Origin: Laetmonice hystrix
Lineage: Eukaryota
DNA length: 64,000 nt
NCBI GenBank assembly: GCA_965235115.1
Contig: OZ249436.1
Span: 49,044,001 to 49,108,000 of the forward strand
Direction: 5' to 3'
Shown: one piece after another, positions 53,386 to 64,000 of the stretch
Layout: each line of letters opens with the position of its first letter
Position numbering within the stretch: the first letter of the stretch is position 1
Translations under genes and position numbers: made by a program
The notes under the pieces: generated by a model
Databases searched by the model: none
What the model was told of the DNA's origin: nothing
What the model saw: only the letters and a program-made list of their open reading frames with translations

Positions 53386-54337
53386 CACCGCTCACAGCAA
53401 ACAAAGATCGAAGCCACTACAGACACCTGACTGTCTGAGCATTGAAAACATCGCACATAGAGAGACTGGGGAGGGACGATTTCCTCTTGATGCGTGTATT
53501 ATGGAAATCTCATCGACTGATAGATTAAAGGGGCCCAACTGGAAGACTCGCACGTTGGAACGGCTTTTGAATCTTTTGTGAGGCATTCTATAATTAAATG
53601 CATATTTGGGCGAAAACCGTTGTCTTGACTGAGAAATGGTATAACTTCCAACGGGGTCACTTAGGGCCACGCCCCCCCCCCCCCCTTTAAACTGCTTAAC
53701 CACTGACTACACCGAAATTCACTTTGGGGGCTGCCTGTGGCTTGATTACAGGCCAATCAACGTTATTTTCGGACGTCTTTATCCTATCATGTAAGAAAAA
53801 GTCAGTCGAAAAATTGTGCCCCTTCGAGAAATAATACAAAATGTAAAACTACGATTCAAACCTTCAAGATAGTTCTACACATGGATGACTCACCGATATT
53901 TACCAGTCTGTGAGGCTAAGAGACGTTTTTGGTTCGCTGACTGTTATGTATAATTAATGAGACTAAATCGCAGACTTTGACTTGGTACTGGGGATGATCG
54001 GCGCAGTGCGTATCGATGGGAAAGCTAGCCGTGGCATGCACCTTTTACCTTGATGTTTGCTGTGATGCGGGCTGATGGTCCATTCTCTAATAGTCACGTC
54101 CACCTCCTGCATAATTCGCCCTTTGATCTGAAACATCAAAGCCTGTGGAGGGATGTTGTTTGCACCATTAAGATGTGGGCAGAATCTGGGCGGGTACTTT
54201 GTTAGCGGTTTCTCTCACGGCCTACACGGATCGTGAGTCAATGAGGCATGGCGGTCTCCAGGTGTGATACGGTCCATAATAACGGGGATGGGGATCGTCC
54301 CGCCATTCTGTTGTTAACGTATTACTGAACACCTGGG

Positions 54338-54859
54338 CATGGGCGGATCCAGGGGGGGGGGCTAAGGGGGCTCCAGCCCCCCTAAATTATGGACGATGTT
54401 ATTTTTTCATCCAACCAGATGCAGTGGGGGGATCCAGGATTCCAGGAAGGGGGACCACCGAAATTTTTTTTAGCCTCGCTACGCTCGGCATGATTTTATT
54501 GTGATTGTAGCCATTTGGGCCCCTTTTCGTCTATTTCAGTGTTGCATGGTCCCGAGTTATCTTGCTGCTGGACGACTGAGGAGGACCTTTGAAGCCCGAT
54601 GTTACTATCACGTACACTATAGGAGGCTTTTTAAAAGCATTTTGTTGGAATCCTGGTTTCAGGGTCCGAATAATGCATCTTCATAAAAAGGGGGAGGGAA
54701 AGGAAAATTTAAGGGGGGCCCCTTGGCCCCCCTGGATCCCCCAGTGAACTATGATTATATTTATCATATATTTGAGGTTTTTACTGGCTTTAGAATAGGC
54801 AATATGTTTTTGCCCGATGGTTAGCCCACCCCCTAAAAAAATTCCTGGATCCGCCCATG
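54338..54859. mobile_element. MITE with perfect 16-bp TIRs, containing a nested second MITE
   Basis: catgggcggatccagg ... cctggatccgcccatg, flanked on both sides by ctggg. Confidence 0.8.
54422..54746. mobile_element. Nested MITE-like element
   Basis: cagtggggggatccagg ... cctggatcccccagtg termini, inside 54338-54859. Confidence 0.7.
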
Positions 54860-55930
54860 CTGGGTATATGGGGGAGAATGTTTACAACGAATTGTCTCAC
54901 ACAACATCTGGTATCATCCCTAGTCAGTCTCACCGCCATTAATATAACAAGAGGCAATGACACGGCTGCCTGGAAATATCTCAAAATGAGCAAATCAAAC
55001 AAACAATCAAACAATACAAATCTCATAGCCTTTCCTAAAATGCGATTTTGAAACCATTTTGAAATTCCCCTCCTGAATTATAATGTCTCTCCTAGGGACA
55101 GATCCACAAACTATGTGCTCATTACTTTGCTCGCTGAAATAAAATAGAACTACACCTACTTTAATGGTGCAGTAATATCTCATAATTGTGTGTAATGTCT
55201 CAGTGCCTAAATGTAGGGACTAATGCCTGGTATGGGACTGGAGTCGTCACTCCAAACTCCCTACACTTTTGTCACTTTCGGAGACATTACTGGCATCATT
55301 GTACTGCAATGCCAGGCTCTGCTAAACGTTACTGCTATATTTTTATGTAGGATTTCATCAATATTTGCTGATCGTGGTGAAAGTCATTATACTTCGTATT
55401 TGGATGACTGGCCTGCATCTGCGCTGAATGACAAATGACTGTAGGCCTACTCGATAGGAAGAACCTATAGACCTAGGCCTTACTTATAAGAGTAGGCCTA
55501 AAACAAATATCCCCAATATTATATTCTTAGGCTGAAAACGTGCAGGGCCGCTAGTGAGGAAATCGCCAACCTGCTTGTTGATGATCTTAGTGGTAGAATT
55601 CCCGTGGCGTCCTGGGATGACGTCAGTGACACCGCATCTATGTGCGCGCTTTGACCTGTGGAAGCGGAAGTGTCGGGTCACGTCTGATGGTCCGTCGCCC
55701 TCCGCTGTCCTCGTGTAATGACTATGCAGATTGTCACTGTCCTGCGGCAGAGCTATCACAAGGCACAAGTGCAGGAAGATAGAACCTCGAATCTTTCTAA
55801 TTAGGCTATACGGCGGCCTCTGATGTTGATGTTATGAGGCAGTGCCAATAAAAAAAACCCAGAAGGTGAAGTAAGATGGCGAGACCCTAAACTTTTGGTT
55901 GGACTATGACAACTGAAATATAGCTTCGAT

Positions 55931-56173
55931 CACATCTCCCGCCATAATCAATCCGTATAATCGCGTACTGCGTCACATCCTGTGTGTGCACTCTCTGCAG
56001 GTGCTTAGTCACGTGCTTCGCTTAGTTGTAAACAATTCAGCGATTTCTCACGCAAAATGGAACTGATAAGTCCGTCTTTGTTTACCAAGCAATTTTAATG
56101 AAGGATCTCTTCATGAAAACAGCAAAAGTTATTTGAAATACTGATTTTTCACGTTTCCTTATAATATGCACCT
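55931..56173 (+). mobile_element. Partial, diverged copy of the 829-1335 element (3' part)
   Basis: Shares cacatc...cgccataa, aatcgcgtactgcgtcacatcctg, cttagttgtaaacaattcagc and aactgataagtc.gtctttgtttaccaagc; ends atatgcacct|TTAA. Confidence 0.8.
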
Positions 56174-57189
56174 TTAAAGGCCTGATCCATTGGTGAATTT
56201 TTACATTGCGATCTTCTTGTGATTTTGTTTTTAAAGAACGGAATCTACACTTTAGTCTGTAGTTGCCGTGTATTGTCTAAAAATCAACTTTATATCATTG
56301 GCAACAATAGCTCCAAGCAGGGACAGCTTGCCCTGTAGACATAGCCTATAGGCAGTGGCTGGTATCGGATCCATAAAATACCGCACAGCAAAACGTAATT
56401 CTATACACTTTTAGAATCATTTGTACAAAAATGTGCTTATTCAGTGACTTTACCACACAAATTGTCCTCGTTCAATCATATCCTTTTATAAATGGTGCTT
56501 AAAATAGGTGGTGCTAACACACCCAGTATTTTAAAGCCACTTGGTGCGCACCTAATCTAAAGCAACCTCTTTTGGCTCAGAGCAGTACAGAATCTGGCAA
56601 CGTTGTGGGGTTTTTTTTCTCACGTCTGACAAATAATTCTTTTTTAGTTCGATGGTATTGATTTTTTTGAACGGCTGATGATGTGGGTGTAGCTCATGTG
56701 GTGTAGCTGGAAAATTCTAAGTGATCGCCGTCAACTTCCATTTGGCTTGACTCCCCGCCTGTGCTGGTGCAAGGGTTTACAGTGTTATTGGCATTGTCCA
56801 ATCCAGTGGACTGTTACATACACGTATTGAAGAGCAATTGTGAGTGGTTGGTTTTTCGCTGACAGATCTGGCTGCGGCGGTGCTCACATCAAAGCCACTG
56901 AGCATGATCAGTCGGGCGAAAATAAGGGCCAGGAGCCAGTAACTGCAGAAACCGAGTGAAAAAACATTGGCATGCCTGTAATTTGAAATTGGTGTTCTCT
57001 GCTCGCTTGGCTTGTTGCGCTACTTTTCAGACGTACCAAAGGATGAGGCTTTATCTGGTCCAATGTCGTCTCAAATAGAAGGTCAGAAAGGCTATGTGTA
57101 TAGTCAGTATTTCATTGGGCCGTGTGTTTGTCTGCCGTCTCAAAATATAATGCGTCTTGAGTGGAAAGATGACATAAATTTATATTTAT

Positions 57190-57400
57190 TTGATAATGAA
57201 TGAAGAATTGATTGAGTTTGGTGGCCTCTGAAGACTTTGGGTAGCATCCTTGAATTGATCTGGTCAGGTTGATCTGATTTAGGGTGGCATTTCTGAATCG
57301 TGCGCTCCCCTTGCCAAGTGAGTTGACCTTGTAGCTTACCAACTCTGGTCCCCTGCCATTACAAACTTGCTTTACTTCCAACAGCTGCTGTCTGTAATCT
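57190..57400 (-). mobile_element. Possible short decayed LINE fragment (post-RT region)
   Basis: Frameshifted minus-strand peptides VGKLQGQLTW and QINLTRSIQG resemble the LGVxLDxxLTW...RINLIRxIxG pattern of non-LTR retrotransposon ORF2. Weak. Confidence 0.3.
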
Positions 57401-58629
57401 GTAATCGGATTATCTGTTTTAATCCTCACGTGACTGGCGCTAGCTCAATACTGTAAGTCACGTTGATGCCTTTAAAAGATCTACCTCTATACAGTGTCGT
57501 CTATATAAGTTTATATTACATTTACAGTGGTATTGCGATGATTATCGAACAAATGCATGTTCCTAATGAAATATCATAAATATACTGCTCTGAAGGGAAT
57601 CCCGAATTTCACAGGCTGGTACTGGAACATCAGATTTAAAGAAATGATTTAGCAAAGCGAACGTTCCTTGTCGGGTAGTGGTTTTGAAAGGGTCTTTGTA
57701 TTCAGCCGGTGAGGAAACAATCATTTGTTGAGGATTTAATATGATTCAAACCGTTGTAGCGGAAATAGTTTGAAAAAAGGTGATGAGCGAAGGTCAATGA
57801 TTCATATTGAAAGGTCGTACACATGTCTGCCTCAAATACTCTGTTCTAAGGTCTTTATATAGAAACGCGAAAGGCTAAAGATGTTGATGACAAAAGCATT
57901 AGTCGTCCTTTATCATCGGGGACAGAAAGTAAACATTGTCGTAATTCTGCGCGATTGTCAACGAGTCTCACCAGATTACTGACTATCACCTGATGACTGA
58001 GTTGTTTAGTTTTCAGATCCCAAGAATTCTATTAATTATTTGTATTGGATTGGCATACACTCTGATACTATACCAAAACACAATGTATCTTTTTGTTACC
58101 ACGATGCTCATCAGAAGTAAACATTTTTGTCTGAATACCATAAGTGTATAATCATGTACACTTACATTATATCGCCATTTACCGACGAACAACCGCCGGT
58201 TGCAGTTCTTAAACCCAGGTAGAATACAGATTTAATTGTCTAATTTATTGACAAAGAAGAGAATTTAACGATAGGCATACAGCTTGTTGTGGTGAAGAGA
58301 GCAAAACGTGGGAGCAAGGACCAATGAGGCTCTCAGCAAAATGTAGAGTTCATTGTGAAAGGATATTGCCTCTAATGTGGTCGAAAATTTCACCATTTCC
58401 TCGCCATGTGTCAGCGCGGCGAGAAAAAGAGAATAATCTTGATGAGTGTTCCTACGACAGGTCATTAAAGATGGAAAGAGCTCCTCGATTAATGATTGTG
58501 GCTCGCATTTAACGCTGGAATGTGAGAAAAATACTTCCGCTTGGACAATTATTCAAGATGGCCGAACTGAGAGATGTCAGCGTTTTCATCACATATATCT
58601 TTTGTCATATAACATCGCTGGAATTATTA

Positions 58630-59407
58630 GTACCTCAGTAGAGGTTGAGTTAACCCTATGTACCCCAGTAGAGGCTGAGTTAACCCTGTGTACCTCAGTA
58701 GGGGCTGGGTAACCCTGTGTACCTCAGTAGAGGCTGAGTTAACCCTGTGTACCTCAGTAGAGGCTGAGTTAACCCTGTGTACCTCAGTAGAGGCTGAGTT
58801 AACCCTGTGTACCTCAGTAGAGGCTGAGTTAACCCTGTGTACCTCAGTAGAGGCTGAGTTAACCCTGTGTACCTCAGTAGAGGCTGAGTTAACCCTGTGT
58901 ACCTCAGTAGAGGCTGGGTTAACCCTGTGTACCTCAGTAGAGGTTGAGTTAACCCTATGTACCTCAGTAGAGGCTGAGTTAACCCTGTGTACCTCAGTAG
59001 AGGCTGAGTTAACCCAATGTACCCCAGTAGAGGCTGAGTTAACCCTGTATACTTCAGTAGAGGCTGGGTTAACCCTATGTACCTCAGCAGGGGCTGAGTT
59101 AACCCTTTGTACCTCAGTAGAGGTTGAGTTAACCCTGTGTACCTCAGTAGGGGCTGGGTAACCCTGTGTACCTCAGTAGAGGCTGAGTTAACCCTGTGTA
59201 CCTCAGTAGAGGCTGAGTTAACCCTGTGTACCTCAGTAGAGGCTGAGTTAACCCTGTGTACCTCAGTAGAGGCTGAGTTAATCCTATGTACCTCAGTAGA
59301 GGCTGAGTTAACCCTGTGTACCTCAGTAGAGGCTGAGTTAACCCTATGTACCTCAGTAGAGGCTGAGTTAACCCTATGTACCCCGGTAGAGGCTGAGTTA
59401 ACCCTGT
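58630..59407. repeat. Minisatellite, 30-bp unit, ~26 copies
   Basis: gtacctcagtagaggctgagttaaccctgt repeated; explains the 157-aa and 248-aa ORFs. Confidence 0.97.
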
Positions 59408-59519
59408 AGAAATGGAACGTTTGAATGATGATTGATGGCAAGGAAGGTATTTAGGCGGACAAGCTGCTCTAATTGGGAGAATACCTGATTAGATCTTGAC
59501 TTGGAGAATGGCACGTACA

Positions 59520-62300
59520 GCACTGTTACAAGGACGAAATAAACCAACAATTTGATAGAAAGACGAGATTAAAACTGGTCCTGGCCATGGCCTTAGTATC
59601 TACGCTAAGTTAGGAACACGGAGCAGAATATGCTCCAAGCTGTAGTGTGGGAGCAGAGTTGAAACCTGCAAAGTTCACTACGCTTCTAATTACACCTGCT
59701 TGGTCGGCCTCCCAGGCATCATTAGAAAGGCCTTAATTACAGCTTTTAATTTGGAACACAGCATTCTACATGTTGCTACAGATCAACAAATACTTTCCCG
59801 AAATGCCTCGCGGTAATCCATTTATATCCTCTGTGAGACAAACTTCATCTCTCTGCACATTTTTAAACTGGGAGAAACCCATTTTTATATATACGTTAGC
59901 TGTCTCAGAACGCCAAACTTTCTTGTTTGAAACATTTTCCCCTTCCATATACGATCCGCTAACCGCCTCCGTGGAGATCCTTGAACATACAGTTCTGTGA
60001 GGGAATCTTACAGTGAATGCCGGAAGAACTCTTAAGGACAATTCATGTCACAATGGAATGGAATCAAATTTTCGAGAATAATGACAAAATGTACGCAAAG
60101 CGTCGATCGTATACTCTTGCGATGTCCAGTTGAGCTTAGCATCACATGTTTTATTTATGTTAAAGACATGGAGGCCGCGTATATGACAGGCGCAGAAATA
60201 ACTGACCGCCAACTCGTCGTCCCTGTGGTAAAATGTCAGACCAGGCGGTAGCCACGTCGGCAGTGAACTCCACGCCAAGCTTCTCAATACTTAATGAGGA
60301 AATCGGACGGAATTTACAGAAAAACGGGATAATTTATCACAGGTTGTCTGCCGTCGGAAGTTGGTGGAGTGGTGGTATGCAGAATCCATCAAAGTACGTC
60401 ATTCTGGAGGGAGGGATTTATAGGTAGACCTACCGTAACCCCTCATCTGTAAGGGAGGGTTTTATAGGTAGACCCACCGGAACCCCTCATCTGTAAGGGA
60501 GAGAGGTATAGGTAGACCCACCGTAACCCCTCATCTGTAAGGGAGGGAGGTATAGGTAGACCCACCGTAACCCCTCATCTGTAAGGGAGGGTTTTATAGG
60601 TAGACCCACCGGAACCCCTCATCTGTAAGGGAGGGAGGTATAGGTAGACCCACCGTAACCCCTCATCTGTAAGGGAGGGAGGTATAGGTAGACCCACCGT
60701 CACCCCTCATCTGTGAGGGAGGGAGGTATAGGTAGACTCACCGTAACGCCTCATCTGTAGGGGAGGGCGTATAGGTAGACCCACCGTAACGCCTCATCTG
60801 TAAGGGAGGGAGGTATAGGTAGACCCACCGTAACCCCTCATCTGTAAGGGAGGGAGTTATAGGTAGACCCACCGCAACCCCTCATCTGTAAGGGAGGGAG
60901 GTATAGGTAGACCCACCGTAACACCTCATCTGTAAGACCCACCGTAACCCCTCATCTGTAAGGGAGGGAGGTATAGGTAGACCCACCGTAACCCCGTATC
61001 TGTGAGGGAGGAAGGTATAGGTAGACCCACTGTCACCCCTCATCTGTAAGGGAGGGAGGTATAGGTAGACCCACCGTAACCCGTCATCTGTAAGGGAGGG
61101 AGGTATAGGTAGACCCACCGTCACCCCTCATCTGTAAGGGAGGGAGGTATAGGTAGACCCACCGTAACACCTCATCTGTAAGGGAGGGAGGTATAGGTAG
61201 ACCCACCGTAACACCTCATCTGTAAGGGAGGGAGGTATAGGTAGACCCACCGTAACACCTCATCTGTAAGGGAGGGAGGCATAGGTAGACCCACCGTAAC
61301 ACCTCATCTGTAAGGGAGGGAGGTATAGGTAGACCCACCGTAACACCTCATCTGTAAGGGAGGGAGGTATAGGTAGACCCACCGTAACACCTCATCTGTA
61401 AGGGAGGGAGGTATAGGTAGACCCACCGTAACACCTCATCTGTAAGGGAGGGAGGTATAGGTAGACCCACCGTCACCCCTCATCTGTAAGGGAGGGAGGT
61501 ATAGGTAGACCCACCGTCACCCCTCATCTGTAAGGGAGGGATTTATAGATAGACCCACCGTCACCCCTCATCTGTAAGGGAGGGAGGTATAGGTAGACCC
61601 ACCGTAACACCTCATCTGTAAGGGAGGGAGGTATAGGTAGACCCACCGTAACCCCTCATCTGTGAGGGAGGGAGGTATAGGTAGACCCACCGTAACCCCT
61701 CATCTGTGAGGGAGGGAGGTATAGGTAGACCCACCGTCACCCCTCATCTGTACTCAGAGCACTGTCAGCACACGTGTGTATCGTACCTGTCTCGGGAAAC
61801 TTGATACCACAAGACTGTATTCGAATGCCTTTCTCTCTTGATATTTTTCTTGTAATGTTGCAAAGCAGAGAATAGCAACTTCTTGTTTGACGTCTCCATA
61901 AGAATTTCTTACGATTCTCTAACCCTTCCTAAAATATTAGGTCTATCTAGTTGGTAAAAGATATTTATAAATTTGTGAGCATTAAAAAAATAAATTTGTT
62001 TCATTAATAGGGCATGTGTTAGGAAATATGCTTCGCATTGTTGCTCACGACATGTGATAACTGATAAAATAGAATTCTGCAACTTTCCATATTTTGAGCT
62101 GTCCAACACAGGGTCTATATTGAGGTCAACCACGATATGCTTTCATGCCAGTAAATGGAGGACCTGTAACTGGAAAGGTGAGTTTCGCCTCCAACCTATC
62201 TATTTCCGCAGAGTAAATGGGTTGGGATTGGATTCGGCACCGTCGCCATGCCCTCAAGCCTTTGGTGCCATTTGACCTGCAAGAAGTACGTCAGGAAAAG
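59520..62300 (-). mobile_element. Heavily decayed non-LTR retrotransposon ORF2 (RT to C-terminal Cys/His knuckle; RTE-X-like, clade tentative), split by a minisatellite
   Basis: Colinear frameshifted motifs on the minus strand: PDVLLAGQMAP, HALLMKQIY, GDVKQEVAILC (~QGVRQGGILS), TCADS at 61761-61775 (~TCADD), LMDSAYH at ~60372-60392 (~LMGxGLHG), HIRGL, NKKVWRS, KAVIKA, SLEHILLR at ~59619-59641. Confidence 0.55.
60408..61752. repeat. Minisatellite, 44-bp unit, ~30 copies
   Basis: gtataggtagacccaccgtaacccctcatctgtaagggagggag repeated. Confidence 0.97.
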
Positions 62301-62426
62301 GTGTGCCTCTTGTGTAGGCCATGTACAGATCCTCGCTGGCTCACTGATTTTATATAGCTACCAAACTTCAATATAACAAGATTGCGAGGACATCGCCATT
62401 TATGATATCTGGCATCTTCTTGAAAC

Positions 62427-62817
62427 CAGGGGCGCCGGAAGCAAATCATTATTAGGGGGGGGGGCAAGAGAGCTGAAGCGAAAGTCATAGGCTACAACAT
62501 GTTTTGGTAAAGCTGGGTCGGAGGCCCTCCCCGAGAGAATTTTGTTTGACACACCCTAAAACGCTTTTCTACACCATTTTGAGGTAGGACTTTTTATGTT
62601 TTGAAGGCGTGAATGAATAGATTACAATGTATCATTAGGAAAATCGACCCAGTCTTTGACGCACCCAAGTCATGGTTTCCACAGGCCTACTGTATGTGGA
62701 AAAACCTGGCTTTTTTTCATTCATGATCACAGAATATTGGGGGGGGGGGCGATGCCCCCCCCCCAACCAGATTATTGAGGGGGCGGTCGCCCCCCCCCCC
62801 CGCTCCTGGCGCCTATG
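62427..62817. mobile_element. MITE-like element (caggggcgccggaagc / gctcctggcgcctatg termini)
   Basis: Imperfect TIRs; interior poly-G/poly-C hairpins like the other MITEs here. Confidence 0.6.
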
Positions 62818-63111
62818 CTTGAAACCCTACAGTGTATCACAGTGTTTTCCCCACTGTGAGACGTCGATCATGATAGACAGGGAACTATTTTTATGTTTCA
62901 TTGTATGCTAAAGTACCATGATACCTTGAGATTCATGAGCTATACTTGTGCCGACCCGAAGTTGAAGCTTGCCTAATTACTAATTACCTTAATGGCTTTT
63001 AATGAGAGGGAAATGTGTCTGGCCGTGACGTCACAGGTCTAAGCGAAACAACATGAACGTTAATATTATAAGTGAAAAAAAACAAAAAAACTGAGACGAC
63101 CTAGGGCCAAA

Positions 63112-64000
63112 TAGGGTTACAGGGATGGGGAGGTGTAAAGGTAGGGTTACAGCGAGGGGAGGTGTCAAGGTAGGGTTACAGGGAGGGGAGGTGTCAAGTT
63201 AGGGTTACAGGGATGGGAAGGTGTCAAGGTAGGGCTACAGGGATGGGGAGGTGTCAAGTTAGGGTTACAGGGATGGGAAGGTGTAAAGGTAGGGTTACAG
63301 CGAGGGGAGGTGTCACGTTAGGGTTACAGGGATGGGAAGGTGTAAAGGTAGGGTTACAGCGAGGGGAGGTGTCAAGTTAGGGTTACAGCGAGTGGAGGTG
63401 TCAAGGTAGGGTTACAGGGAGGGGAGGTGTCAAGGTAGGTTTACAGGGAGGGGAGGTGTCAAGTTAGGGTTACAGGGAGGGGAGGTGTCAAGTTAGGGTT
63501 ACAGGGAGGGGAGGTGTCAAGGTAGGGTTACAGGGAGGGGAGGTGTCAAGGTAGGGTTACAGCGAGGGGAGGTGTCAAGGTAGGGTTACGGGGAGGGGAG
63601 GTGTCAAGGTAGGGTTACAGGGAGGGGAGGTGTCAGGTTATATTACAGGGATGGGGAGGGTTACAGCAAGGGGAGGTGTCAAGGTAGGGTTACAGCGAGG
63701 GGAGGTGTCAAGGTAGGGTTACAGGGAGGGGAGGTGTCAAGGTAGGTTTACAGGGAGGGGAGGTGTCAAGTTAGGGTTACAGGGAGGGGAGGTGTCAGGT
63801 TATGTTACAGGGATGGGGAGGGTTACAGCGAGGGGAGGTGTCAAGGTAGGGTTACAGCGAGGGGAGGTGTCAAGGTAGGGTTACAGGAATGGGGAGGTGT
63901 CAAGTTAGAGTTACAGTGATAAAGAGGTGTCAAGTTAGAGTTACAGTGATAAAGAGGTGTCAAGTTAGGGTTACAGGGAGGGGAGGTGTCACGTTAGGGT
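63112..64000. repeat. G-rich minisatellite, ~29-bp unit, ~30 copies, runs off the window end
   Basis: agggttacagggaggggaggtgtcaag(g/t)t repeated; contains TTAGGG/GTAGGG hexamers. Confidence 0.95.

Noticed and set aside
58688..59441. 157-aa and 248-aa repeat ORFs
   Set aside because: Translations of the 30-bp minisatellite; no codon-level divergence pattern.

Overview
Animal (invertebrate-like) genomic DNA. The only confidently coding sequence is the first coding exon (6142-6411, +) of a RasGRF1/2 orthologue, encoding the N-terminal PH domain. I found no exon 2, so the remaining ~57.6 kb is probably one very long intron. It holds about 20 unrelated mini/microsatellite arrays, TTAA-flanked Kolobok-like and other MITE-like elements, Nin/Deu-type SINEs, a tRNA-Thr(CGT) pseudogene and a heavily decayed LINE ORF2. 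Three signals stand out. (1) A candidate recursive splice site with a 49-nt cryptic exon (39631-39679). (2) A 4.6-copy array of a 334-bp unit carrying a tRNA-like Pol III A/B-box cassette, inserted at the junction of a recent tandem duplication with microhomology at both ends (47740-53385). (3) Strong over-representation of TAGGCCTA/TAGGCTA/TAGCCTA, with before/after evidence inside two minisatellites that it arises by insertion at TA. Most ORFs in the track are translations of repeats. Copy numbers and family assignments were made by eye, without database searches.
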